From: a virus
Lineage: Duplodnaviria; Caudoviricetes
IMG/VR virus record: IMGVR_UViG_3300038321_000091
Location: 1-31,781 of that record
Strand: one strand, 5' to 3'
DNA length: 31,781 nucleotides
Of the stretch, positions 1 to 7,963 are shown piece by piece. The notes beneath the pieces were generated by a model. The model ran no database searches, had not been told where the DNA came from, and was given only the letters and a program-made list of their open reading frames with translations. A program made the translations under genes and the position numbers. How positions within the stretch are numbered: the first letter of the stretch is position 1; every line of letters begins with the position of its first letter.

Positions 1-140
1 AGATCAACACAATCCTGAAATTGTAGTTTTGCGGTGCATCTGGATCGTTTTCCAATTGCGAATCTTTTATAAAGAAAGCAACCGTACTTTTACTGTTATC
101 TTTATATTGAACGTCATAACTGATGGTTTCAGTAAAATTA

Positions 141-330
141 TGGGGGTAAAAACAAAAAGTACAATACTTTGATTTAATGAATTGAGTTAAACAGTTTGAT
201 TAATAGATGAATAACACGCATAAACTCAGCGGGTCGAAAAAAACATTTTGTACAAACAGGTTTAATTTGCTTTAATTCACGATTAATTTACTGGCCGCAC
301 GCGCGGCTTTTTTTGTGTACAGGTTTAATT
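141..330. repeat. Putative left end with repeated candidate transposase-binding sites
   Basis: TG at 141; AAAAACA-N4-GTACAA at 148-164 and 239-255; ACAGGTTTAATT direct repeat at 256-267 and 319-330. Confidence 0.5.
294..314 (+). terminator. Intrinsic terminator-like hairpin facing into the prophage
   Basis: GCCGC-ACGC-GCGGC followed by T7. Confidence 0.55.
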
Positions 331-489
331 ACCTATAGAAAAGCCTTTAAACGACGCTAAAACAGCCGTAAAACGGTGCGAATGACTTCATGACAAAGAT
401 AGGAAATAATAACTAACCTAAGTGGAAAACCGATTTATTTTTGTGGCAGAATCCGAACATACTTTTGTCTAAAAACACGTACATTTTGA

Positions 490-525
490 AATGGGTGGTA
501 GATTGGGGGGTAAAATGGGGGGTAA
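490..525. repeat. Three imperfect tandem 12-bp G-rich repeats
   Basis: AATGGGTGGTAG / ATTGGGGGGTAA / AATGGGGGGTAA; a related ATGGGGGTAAAA occurs at 140-151. Confidence 0.8.
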
Positions 526-643
526 AAAATCAGATAAAAAACACGTTTAAATTGCCTTATATACACGTAAAAAAGTAATAAATGAACTAAAAATACCATT
601 TAATCACACCCATAAGTACATAAATTAAACGTAAATAATAAAT

Positions 644-679
644 ATAAAAGGCTCACATTCAAAGATGTAAGCCTTTTAT
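644..679 (-). terminator. Hairpin terminator downstream of the repressor gene (possibly bidirectional)
   Basis: ATAAAAGGCT-C-ACAT...ATGT-A-AGCCTTTTAT inverted repeat 25 bp past the repressor stop codon. Confidence 0.6.
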
Positions 680-704
680 TGTATAGAAAGTGCCAAATTT
701 ACCG

Positions 705-1535
705 CTATTTTTCTAACTTTTTAAACCTAAAATCCATTTCATCGAAACGGTCCTCAAGTAATTTTAACCGATCAAAATAAGTGGCATTTATGTTTGGAAA
801 ATGAGCTGATATCTTCAGCTCAGCATAAAAAAAGTAGTGTAGTTCGCTCTCCTCAAGTGTAAAGTTTGGATAATTTATCTTATCTAGGTTGTCCGATGTT
901 AAAACGATAAAACCCCGAGAAAGTCGATCTTTTATTCGCTTGACATACGCTTTTCCATTTCGATCTACAATTACATAAACATACTCGTCGCGCAACTCGC
1001 CCCATTCGCCGCGATGAAGTTGGCGAATGATCAAAATATCCTTGTCATATATAGTGGGAAACATACTATCGCCACGACTTCGGATGGCGTAATAGGTGGC
1101 TGTTCTACTATGAAGAGAATTTATGGGAACAGCTATAAAGCCCAATGGTTCGATATAATCTCCGTTTAACTGTCCACTTCCGGCGGCGGCCTCTATATCG
1201 ATAATTGGTATCTTACGAGTATTTTCATTAGTCAAGTTGCCATATACAGTATGTGGATTATTTAGAACTAGTGGGCTATCCTCTTTTTTTCTGAACATCA
1301 TCCCTCTTCCAGTTAATAACCACTCGGGGTTCACATCTTCAAACTTATTTGAAATGTCGTTAAGAATTTCATATGAAGGATATGTATTTTCTTTCTTTAG
1401 TCGGTTAATTTTCTCTGAAGATGCGTAACCAAGGTAATCACAGGCAAAAGAATTTACGGAATTAATTCCATAAAAATCAATTATTTTCGATATTCTTTCA
1501 AAAAAGTTTGAAACTTTTGCCTTTTTTTCTTGCAT
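705..1535 (-). CDS. CI/LexA-like phage repressor with C-terminal S24 peptidase domain
   Basis: N-terminal HTH-like region with VNPEWLLTGRG; Ala-Gly site (AAAGSG); catalytic-type Ser (GDSM) and Lys (YVKRI); divergent from the early operon. Confidence 0.92.
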   Translation of the reverse strand: MQEKKAKVSNFFERISKIIDFYGINSVNSFACDYLGYASSEKINRLKKENTYPSYEILNDISNKFEDVNPEWLLTGRGMMFRKKEDSPLVLNNPHTVYGNLTNENTRKIPIIDIEAAAGSGQLNGDYIEPLGFIAVPINSLHSRTATYYAIRSRGDSMFPTIYDKDILIIRQLHRGEWGELRDEYVYVIVDRNGKAYVKRIKDRLSRGFIVLTSDNLDKINYPNFTLEESELHYFFYAELKISAHFPNINATYFDRLKLLEDRFDEMDFRFKKLEK

Positions 1536-1552
1536 ATTTCAAAGATGTTTGA

Positions 1553-1594
1553 TTACTTTGCAACACTTTCAAATGTGAAAGTGCGACAAAAATA
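1553..1594. promoter_or_regulatory. Lysis/lysogeny switch: face-to-face promoter boxes flanking a palindromic operator candidate
   Basis: + strand TTACTTTG at 1553-1560 (1 mismatch to the Bacteroidota TAnnTTTG box); - strand TATTTTTG at 1594-1587 (perfect); CACTTTCA-AATG-TGAAAGTG at 1564-1583. Confidence 0.6.
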
Positions 1595-1609
1595 GAGAAA
1601 ATATTCTAC

Positions 1610-1831
1610 ATGGAAGCAAAAAAAGAAAAAATTTCAAATAAAATTTTAGTTCCATATGGGGCTACCACCCAAATAATGAATGTGTTTGGTGTATCAGCGC
1701 CAACTGTTAGAGAGGCTTTAAGAGGAAATAGCAACAGCGATTTAGCAAAAAAAATACGGCATACCGCCCTGGAGAGGTTCGGTGGTGTAGAATTGGATAC
1801 AAGAATTATAAAAATTAAAAAGTTGGTGTAA
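1610..1831 (+). CDS. Ner/Cro-like small HTH DNA-binding protein
   Basis: 73 aa, basic, HTH-like TQIMNVFGVSAPTVREAL; first gene divergent from the repressor. Confidence 0.75.
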   Translation: MEAKKEKISNKILVPYGATTQIMNVFGVSAPTVREALRGNSNSDLAKKIRHTALERFGGVELDTRIIKIKKLV

Positions 1832-2026
1832 ATGAAAGCTTATTTTATTCTTATTAACTGGATGCTCAGTTTTATGGCATTGAGCACCGACACGGAGAAC
1901 AGTAGTTTTGTCGCTGTGATGGTTGTTTTCGCGTGGTTTGCGATATCATCAATTATCCTCATACGCGCACAACGGCGTGGTACCTTACGAAAAATTGAAA
2001 AACGATTTAAGATTAATGAACTATGA
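1832..2026 (+). CDS. Small membrane protein with two hydrophobic segments
   Basis: Abuts the upstream stop; two hydrophobic stretches and a basic C-terminus; ATGA overlap with the next ORF. Confidence 0.65.
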   Translation: MKAYFILINWMLSFMALSTDTENSSFVAVMVVFAWFAISSIILIRAQRRGTLRKIEKRFKINEL

Positions 2027-2214
2027 GGACAAAGAAAAGTGTATTCATGCAAATGCATGATCGGGAAAGAACTAACAAAGGATCCTTTAATGTAGGCCTT
2101 CAAAAATTATTCTATCTAGCCGATATGTCAAATAAACGCAAACTTGTGGGTGCTTTCCCTGATTTTTTTGGGGAAGAGGTGCCAGAGTTTGGTATAGAAA
2201 AACCCACTAAATAG
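2023..2214 (+). CDS. Hypothetical protein
   Basis: ATGA-coupled 63-aa ORF in the early operon. Confidence 0.6.
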   Translation: MRTKKSVFMQMHDRERTNKGSFNVGLQKLFYLADMSNKRKLVGAFPDFFGEEVPEFGIEKPTK

Positions 2215-2223
2215 ACCCGATGA

Positions 2224-2343
2224 AGGAAGAAGTAGCGAGGGTGACTCGGCTGGTGGGCAACCGGAAACCGGCCTGATGAAGATGAAGATTGATGATTGAG
2301 AGTTAAGGGTTGCCGTGAAACTTCCTATCCCGCGAAAGCGGGA
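2224..2343 (+). ncRNA. Candidate structured RNA in the transposase leader
   Basis: Nested pairings AGGAAG 2224-2229/CTTCCT 2321-2326, CGAG/CTCG 2236-2248 and GGCAACC 2256-2262/GGTTGCC 2308-2314, plus a GAAA-tetraloop hairpin at 2328-2343. Confidence 0.4.
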
Positions 2344-2381
2344 ATTAAGCAATCAGAGACACTTTGGATAGACAGAGGGAT

Positions 2382-2425
2382 TTCCCGGATGGCATACACA
2401 CAAGGTTCGAGTCCTTGGCGGGAGC
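2382..2425 (+). ncRNA. tRNA-like mini-element 1 (acceptor-like stem + T-arm)
   Basis: TCCCG 2383-2387 pairs with CGGGA 2419-2423; T-arm CAAGG-TTCGAGT-CCTTG at 2401-2417; no D or anticodon arm. Confidence 0.55.
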
Positions 2426-2437
2426 TAAACGAAACAA

Positions 2438-4414
2438 ATGGAATACTATAATAACATACTTTGCGCAGAGGCGAGATGGCTAACTGAAAACGACATCATG
2501 GATGCTGATCAGTATAAATATCTTGCTAAAACAAAGCAAATATACGTTGCACGACGCGGATGTCGTGGTACCCCTGCGCTTGTTGCGTACGATAGTATTC
2601 CCGACCGGTTCAAGCCTGAAATAAAAAAGGCACTGGGTTGTGATCCGTATGCGGCGGCAAAGGTTTCACAAGTTGAGATCAGGATCGAGCATAATGCTGA
2701 AATAAGTAAATTTTTTGAGGAGGACTTCGTGTTGGCCGACGGTCGAAGCCTGCCGAAAGAAACCAGGGCCGAATATTATGCTAACGCAATAGTTCTCGAG
2801 GCAATAGGAAAACTTCTGTCGGACAAAAAGCAAACACGCAGATCGAGAGGCGGCCGTGTTTCGCATAGGTGGAAAGATATCGCCGAGGGTGTTCAGGAAC
2901 TGGACAGAACAAAATACCCGCACACACTCCCGGCAAATGAACGTCGTTTGGAGAACAGGTTTAAGCGGTACAAAAAAGAGGGACTGGAAAGCCTGATACA
3001 TAAAAACTTCATGAACAAACATGCGGCAAGCATTGACGACGAAATAAAAGAAAGTTACATGACTGAACTACTTGCAAGCCCTAAAAACTTCGATAACGCT
3101 CAGGTTTCGCAATTATACAACATGATCGCTGGTCAAATGGGATGGAGGCAAATAACACCCGCAACCGTTGCCGTTTGGCGCGATAAGCTGGATACAACAA
3201 TTTTTGCAGGCCGCCGTGGTTCTGTTGCGTTCTCTAACAAAAAAACAATGCAAGTCAAGCGTTCAGCACCCACGGCGCCGCTTCTATACTGGACGTTGGA
3301 CGGTTGGGATGTTGAGCTGCTATATCAGAAATTTGAAAACGGTAAAACAACCTATCACCACAGGCCCACGGTTGTAATCGTGTTGGACGCCTGCCTGAAA
3401 TACCCGGTCGGATATGCCATCGGCACACACGAAACGCCGGAACTGACACAGGCCGCACTCAGGAACGCGGCTCGACACACGGCGGAACTTTTCGGATCGA
3501 TGCACAAGGCACACCAGATTCAGAGCGACCGTTATGCCATCAAAAAGCTTACTCCATACTATGAAACAATGGGTGAAAAGGTGACACCGGCCCGGGCGAA
3601 AAATGCTAAGGCAAAGATTATAGAACCTTATTTCGGATCGATTAACAAAAAATGGTGTCAGCTTTTGCCAAACTGGAGCGGATTCGGCATAACAAGCGAC
3701 CAGGACAAACAGCCAAATGTGGAGTACCTGAATAAGTACAAATCTGGCTTCCCGGATTTTGACGGAGTTTGCCGGCAAATTGAAATGATCATTTCCCGTG
3801 AGCGTGAGGAGAAAATTGAGCGATACATGGAACTGTGGCAGGGGATGGATGCAAGCCGAAAAATCGAACTCTCGGCGGAAAGTTATTTACTCCAGTTCGG
3901 CGAAACAACCGGACGGACAAATCTCTTACAAGGATCCGGGCTTCATCCAACAATATTGGGACAGCGTAGGGATTACGATTGCTTTGATATCTCTTTCCGT
4001 GATCATGGTTCAATAAAGTGGAAGGTGATGTATGATCCCGACGATCTGTCGAAAGTTCTTGCCGTAAATGAAAACGAAACGCTACGCTACATGCTGGAAG
4101 AAAAATACATACAGCCGATGGCGCTGGCAGACAGAAAAGACGGTGACAGCGATCAGCTTCAACGCATACGCCAGTACAACAGGGAACTGGAAGAAACGGT
4201 TATTGACAGGCGGTCGAAATCGGGCAACATTGTTCGTGACCACTTTTCGGAAAGCAGCATGATTGAGGATGAAACACTAAAACGACTGCTTATTACCGAC
4301 AGTAACGGACAGCATAAGGATGTGAAAAGCCGTTCGCGCACACGTAAGCAATTGCCGGCGGTCGAGTATGCCGAAGTTCAGGAAGAGAGAGGCAGTATTT
4401 TAAATAGATATTAA
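2438..4414 (+). CDS. Mu-like DDE transposase (MuA equivalent)
   Basis: 658 aa; candidate catalytic triad in WTLDGWD, IQSDR and AKIIEPYF; located directly upstream of an AAA ATPase. Confidence 0.92.
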   Translation: MEYYNNILCAEARWLTENDIMDADQYKYLAKTKQIYVARRGCRGTPALVAYDSIPDRFKPEIKKALGCDPYAAAKVSQVEIRIEHNAEISKFFEEDFVLADGRSLPKETRAEYYANAIVLEAIGKLLSDKKQTRRSRGGRVSHRWKDIAEGVQELDRTKYPHTLPANERRLENRFKRYKKEGLESLIHKNFMNKHAASIDDEIKESYMTELLASPKNFDNAQVSQLYNMIAGQMGWRQITPATVAVWRDKLDTTIFAGRRGSVAFSNKKTMQVKRSAPTAPLLYWTLDGWDVELLYQKFENGKTTYHHRPTVVIVLDACLKYPVGYAIGTHETPELTQAALRNAARHTAELFGSMHKAHQIQSDRYAIKKLTPYYETMGEKVTPARAKNAKAKIIEPYFGSINKKWCQLLPNWSGFGITSDQDKQPNVEYLNKYKSGFPDFDGVCRQIEMIISREREEKIERYMELWQGMDASRKIELSAESYLLQFGETTGRTNLLQGSGLHPTILGQRRDYDCFDISFRDHGSIKWKVMYDPDDLSKVLAVNENETLRYMLEEKYIQPMALADRKDGDSDQLQRIRQYNRELEETVIDRRSKSGNIVRDHFSESSMIEDETLKRLLITDSNGQHKDVKSRSRTRKQLPAVEYAEVQEERGSILNRY

Positions 4415-4437
4415 ATTACCAGTGAAAAGTAAATAGT

Positions 4438-5289
4438 ATGAAAACAAAGAAATTGAACAAAAGTGAAATCGTCGTACTTCTCCGCGAATATTGCGACAGG
4501 TACGACAGCCAGAACAAGGCGGCAGCGTCATTAAAGGGTGTAAGCTCCGCAACCGTGTCCCAGATGCTCAACGGCAACTGGGAACTGATTAAAGACGAAA
4601 TGTGGCGGAACGTAGCATCGCAAATAGGCTACAGCGGTATGGGTTGGAGCGCGGTAGAAACGCAAAATTTTCGCGATCTGTCAGCCATGTACGCAGATGC
4701 TCAGGAGAACAGCCTTGTTCTTGCCATCACAGGCGAAGCGGGAAGCAGCAAAACATTCACCGCCCGCAACTACGCGAACGGTCACCGTAGAGTGTATTTG
4801 CTTTGTTGCAACGAATTTTGGAACCGGAAAATGTTCCTCGCGGAACTACTTACGGTTATGGGCAGGGATTATAGCGGCTACACCGTGGGTGAAATGATGC
4901 ACGAAGTTGTGTCGGAACTCAAGAAACAGGACTCACCATTGCTGATCCTTGACGAAGCGGATAAACTGAGCGATCAGGTTCTTTACTTTTTCATTACCAT
5001 TTACAATCAACTGGAAGATGAGTGCGGTATCGTTTTGCAGGCTACAAACCATCTCGAAAAGCGGCTAAAGCGCGGCATAAAACTCAACAAAAAAGGCTAC
5101 AACGAAATTTGGAGCCGTGTGGGGCGCAAGTGCATCGAGCTGGATGGAGTAAGTGCGGACGATATCGCCTCTATTTGCGTGGCTAATGGGGTGAGCAATG
5201 AAAAGTTGATCGATAAAATAATTGACGGGAGTGAGGGTGATTTACGTCGGGTAAAACGTCGTATTCACGTTGCGAAAAAAGTAGGTTAA
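4438..5289 (+). CDS. MuB-like transposition AAA+ ATPase with N-terminal HTH
   Basis: HTH SQNKAAASLKGVSSATVSQ; Walker A variant GEAGSSKT; Walker B LLILDEAD; GDLRR near the C-terminus. Confidence 0.9.
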   Translation: MKTKKLNKSEIVVLLREYCDRYDSQNKAAASLKGVSSATVSQMLNGNWELIKDEMWRNVASQIGYSGMGWSAVETQNFRDLSAMYADAQENSLVLAITGEAGSSKTFTARNYANGHRRVYLLCCNEFWNRKMFLAELLTVMGRDYSGYTVGEMMHEVVSELKKQDSPLLILDEADKLSDQVLYFFITIYNQLEDECGIVLQATNHLEKRLKRGIKLNKKGYNEIWSRVGRKCIELDGVSADDIASICVANGVSNEKLIDKIIDGSEGDLRRVKRRIHVAKKVG

Positions 5290-5311
5290 ACGCTGCTTAA
5301 ACACTGATTAA

Positions 5312-5938
5312 ATGAAATTGAAACGAGCCCTAACGCTGCAAAATATAGTCGATGCCGTCGTGAAAGTATTTGACTTTACGGGCGAGTGGCGCGACGCTTT
5401 TGGTACACCTGAGCGTACGGGTGTGTGGTATGTATTTGGTGACAGCGGCAGCGGGAAAACATCGTTTATTCTCATGCTGATTAAATGTTTCGCCGAATTT
5501 GGGAAGGTGTTGTTTGTGAGTTATGAAGAGGGTGAGGTGAGCGCCTCCCTTCAATCCGGTATCAAGCGGCTTGGACTGCTGGAAAAGAAACAAAACGTCC
5601 TGGTTAGCACTGATAACCTTGAGGAGTTGAGTGAGCGTCTCGTGCGTCGTAAAAGTCCTGATTTTGTGATTATCGACAGTTTGGAATATTCGGAGTTTGT
5701 TTCCATCAAGCAAATAAAGTCATTTGCGGATCAACACCCTGGTAAATTGTTTGTCATCATCGGACAGGCAACAGGCAAAAAGCCACGTACCGCGTTGGGT
5801 GAAAGTGTGTTGTTTTTCGCAAAACAAAAAATATTTGTTGAAGGATACCGGGCCTATTCTCGCGGCAGATCGATGGGCGAAAAGGGATATATTACAATCT
5901 GGGAAAAAGGGGCAGACGATTATTGGGAGTATAAGTGA
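5312..5938 (+). CDS. Second P-loop ATPase (RecA/RadA-like fold)
   Basis: Walker A GDSGSGKT; VLFVSYEEG; Walker B VIIDS. Confidence 0.85.
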   Translation: MKLKRALTLQNIVDAVVKVFDFTGEWRDAFGTPERTGVWYVFGDSGSGKTSFILMLIKCFAEFGKVLFVSYEEGEVSASLQSGIKRLGLLEKKQNVLVSTDNLEELSERLVRRKSPDFVIIDSLEYSEFVSIKQIKSFADQHPGKLFVIIGQATGKKPRTALGESVLFFAKQKIFVEGYRAYSRGRSMGEKGYITIWEKGADDYWEYK

Positions 5939-5954
5939 TTTACATTTTAAATAG

Positions 5955-6407
5955 ATGATCATGCAAACACTGATGGATAAGCAACAAAAATTTCTCGTCA
6001 AGAAGTTTCATATCCTGCTTGCAAAGGCGGGGATTGACGAGTGCGGGAAAAGGGCAATGCTAGCATCTTATGGGGTAGGTAGCAGCCTTGACCTGGGAGT
6101 GCGTGACCTGTTGGACTTATGCCATAAACTGGAACTGATGACCAGTGAAAAGGCAAGACAGGAAGATATGTGGCGTAAACGTTTAATGGCCGCCATCGGT
6201 GGATATTTACGTGCAATGTATCAGGAGCAAAACGCGGTACGGATTAAAGCTATCGCCTGCCGTGCAGCCGATATCGATGATTTTAACCGTATCCCGCTGG
6301 AGCGCCTACGATCTCTTTACCACGCATTTATGAATAAAACAAAGGATTTGAAGTTCGTAGATAAATTCACTGCGGACGAGTTGGATTACAGTACACTGGT
6401 AAACTAA
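5955..6407 (+). CDS. GemA/Mu gp16-like protein
   Basis: N-terminal KFHILLAKAGID...YGVGSSLDL resembles the GemA (DUF1018) pattern; position in the early operon fits. The exact start Met is uncertain. Confidence 0.55.
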   Translation: MIMQTLMDKQQKFLVKKFHILLAKAGIDECGKRAMLASYGVGSSLDLGVRDLLDLCHKLELMTSEKARQEDMWRKRLMAAIGGYLRAMYQEQNAVRIKAIACRAADIDDFNRIPLERLRSLYHAFMNKTKDLKFVDKFTADELDYSTLVN

Positions 6408-6418
6408 ATATTGGCTTG

Positions 6419-6637
6419 ATGGCGTACAACAATAGATATTATTATAAGCGGGTACTGGAAGCGCAAATATTTGTGCGCCGGGTGCAACAGGAACATAGGG
6501 GACTGCCAATGTCGGTTATTTACCGGAATTATGTCCGGGATAAGTTCCATATCTCGAAGTCAACTTTTGACAGGTGGATGGAATGCCCGGCAGCCATGGA
6601 GCTTGCGAAATTGGAAAAAGAGACTTCTAACTACTAA
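6419..6637 (+). CDS. Small HTH-like hypothetical protein
   Basis: ATG at 6419; IYRNYVRDKFHISKSTFDRW is HTH-like. Confidence 0.65.
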   Translation: MAYNNRYYYKRVLEAQIFVRRVQQEHRGLPMSVIYRNYVRDKFHISKSTFDRWMECPAAMELAKLEKETSNY

Positions 6638-6648
6638 AATTACTTGTC

Positions 6649-6918
6649 ATGGGAGCACAAAAAATACTTTTTCCCGAACTGGAAAAACACAAGTCCAGGA
6701 AAGACCGTAACCGGGACCCGTGGGGACGTTACGACACCCGGGAGCGCTTTAAAGCGTATGAACAAAAGATTGAGCGGCTGCGTGCAACAATCAAATACCT
6801 GACGAGCGTAACGACGGCGAGTGCCGATGCGATCCGCAAGCGGGATATGGAAATTGAAAAATTAAAGAATATCATAAATAACCGCGATAATTCAGATTAT
6901 CGCTTAAAAGAAAGATAA
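6649..6918 (+). CDS. Hypothetical coiled-coil protein
   Basis: Tightly packed, charged 89-aa ORF in the operon. Confidence 0.65.
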   Translation: MGAQKILFPELEKHKSRKDRNRDPWGRYDTRERFKAYEQKIERLRATIKYLTSVTTASADAIRKRDMEIEKLKNIINNRDNSDYRLKER

Positions 6919-6920
6919 TT

Positions 6921-7448
6921 ATGGCAAAAAGAACAAAAAAAGTGATCCACAGCGGGATCACGTCGGAACAAATGGAAACGGCGATAGCCGAATATGCAGC
7001 TGCAGATGCCAAACTGGCAAAGATCAACGCCACAATGGACGAGCAGTTTACCCGAATCAGGGAAAAATATCAGGATGATATCACGAAGCTGACTGATACC
7101 AAGGACAAAAATTTTTCGATTGTACAGGCTTTCGCAATGGAGAACCGGGACGACCTGTTTGCAAAGAAAAAATCGATGGACAGCGCACACGGAACCTTCG
7201 GGTTTCGCACAGGAACGCCAAAGCTGAAGACATTGCGCGGTTTTACATGGGCATCCGCACTGAACCTGATCAAAGCGTTTCTGCCCGGGTACGTTCGTAC
7301 CAGTGAGGAGCCGGCGAAAGACAAGCTCCTTGCCGACCGTGAGTTGCCGGAAGTGGCTGGAAACCTCGAAAAGTGCGGCATCGAAGTGGTTCAGGATGAA
7401 ACGTTCTTTATAGAACTGAAAAAAGAAGAATCAGCCATTGCCGTATGA
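6921..7448 (+). CDS. gam: Mu Gam-family host-nuclease inhibitor (DNA end protection)
   Basis: 175 aa; long N-terminal helix followed by GTFGFRTGTPKL and GIEVVQDETFFIE, typical of Gam. Confidence 0.88.
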   Translation: MAKRTKKVIHSGITSEQMETAIAEYAAADAKLAKINATMDEQFTRIREKYQDDITKLTDTKDKNFSIVQAFAMENRDDLFAKKKSMDSAHGTFGFRTGTPKLKTLRGFTWASALNLIKAFLPGYVRTSEEPAKDKLLADRELPEVAGNLEKCGIEVVQDETFFIELKKEESAIAV

Positions 7449-7951
7449 CAAAGCAACCGGAATATACTTACGAACGCGAATCGACGGTGTGGTGCGTAGT
7501 TCACTGGAAAAAGTTGGATAACAACAGCTATTCCGGTGAAAAGATCGCCACGTACATACTGAAGGATGATGCGCGAAAAGAAGTATTCCGGTTAAACGGA
7601 TGGACGGATAACCGGATCGAGTTTTCAACCAACTGGAACGGAAAGCTTCACAATAACGCTTTTACTTCCATCCGGCTATGGAATGAAAAAAAGTACGTCA
7701 TTGGCCGCGATTACGATGTTTGGCTAAGCCACATAAGAAAAGGATTTGCCAAACTGGTTGCGGTTAAACGAATGAAGCTTCACCAAATTAACGAATACAT
7801 TGCCCGGATTGATACCGGATATTCAGCGGACGAATGTCAAAATATCATCCGAACGATGTATAAAAACAAACGCATCGACTGGAACACACAAGATTTGGCG
7901 CTATGCCTGTTTGTGTATGTCGATGAAAAAAAGAATTTATTTAATCAATAA
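7445..7951 (+). CDS. Hypothetical protein, C-terminal part possibly ASCH/PUA-like
   Basis: ATGA overlap with gam; FSTNWNGKL...FTSIRL resembles the ASCH K-x-x-T-I-R motif only loosely. Confidence 0.6.
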   Translation: MTKQPEYTYERESTVWCVVHWKKLDNNSYSGEKIATYILKDDARKEVFRLNGWTDNRIEFSTNWNGKLHNNAFTSIRLWNEKKYVIGRDYDVWLSHIRKGFAKLVAVKRMKLHQINEYIARIDTGYSADECQNIIRTMYKNKRIDWNTQDLALCLFVYVDEKKNLFNQ

Positions 7952-7963
7952 AATTAGAAAATT

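Noticed and set aside
1-200. Host CDS on the - strand
   Set aside because: The frame is open and protein-like but has no start codon and is too short to identify; mentioned only as a possibly interrupted gene.
141-700. CRISPR array
   Set aside because: The repeats are short, few and irregularly spaced, with no repeat-spacer periodicity and no cas genes.
2229-2324. Hammerhead ribozyme (GTA...CTGATGA...GAAAC)
   Set aside because: Stem III is plausible (GAAGT/ACTTC), but stem I has only 2 bp and stem II only 1 bp next to the core; not callable.
2328-2343. Intrinsic terminator
   Set aside because: Strong hairpin but no U-tract on either strand.
2350-2425. Full tRNA genes here or at 8370-8445
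   Set aside because: No D-arm, anticodon arm or encoded CCA; only the acceptor/T-arm half is present.
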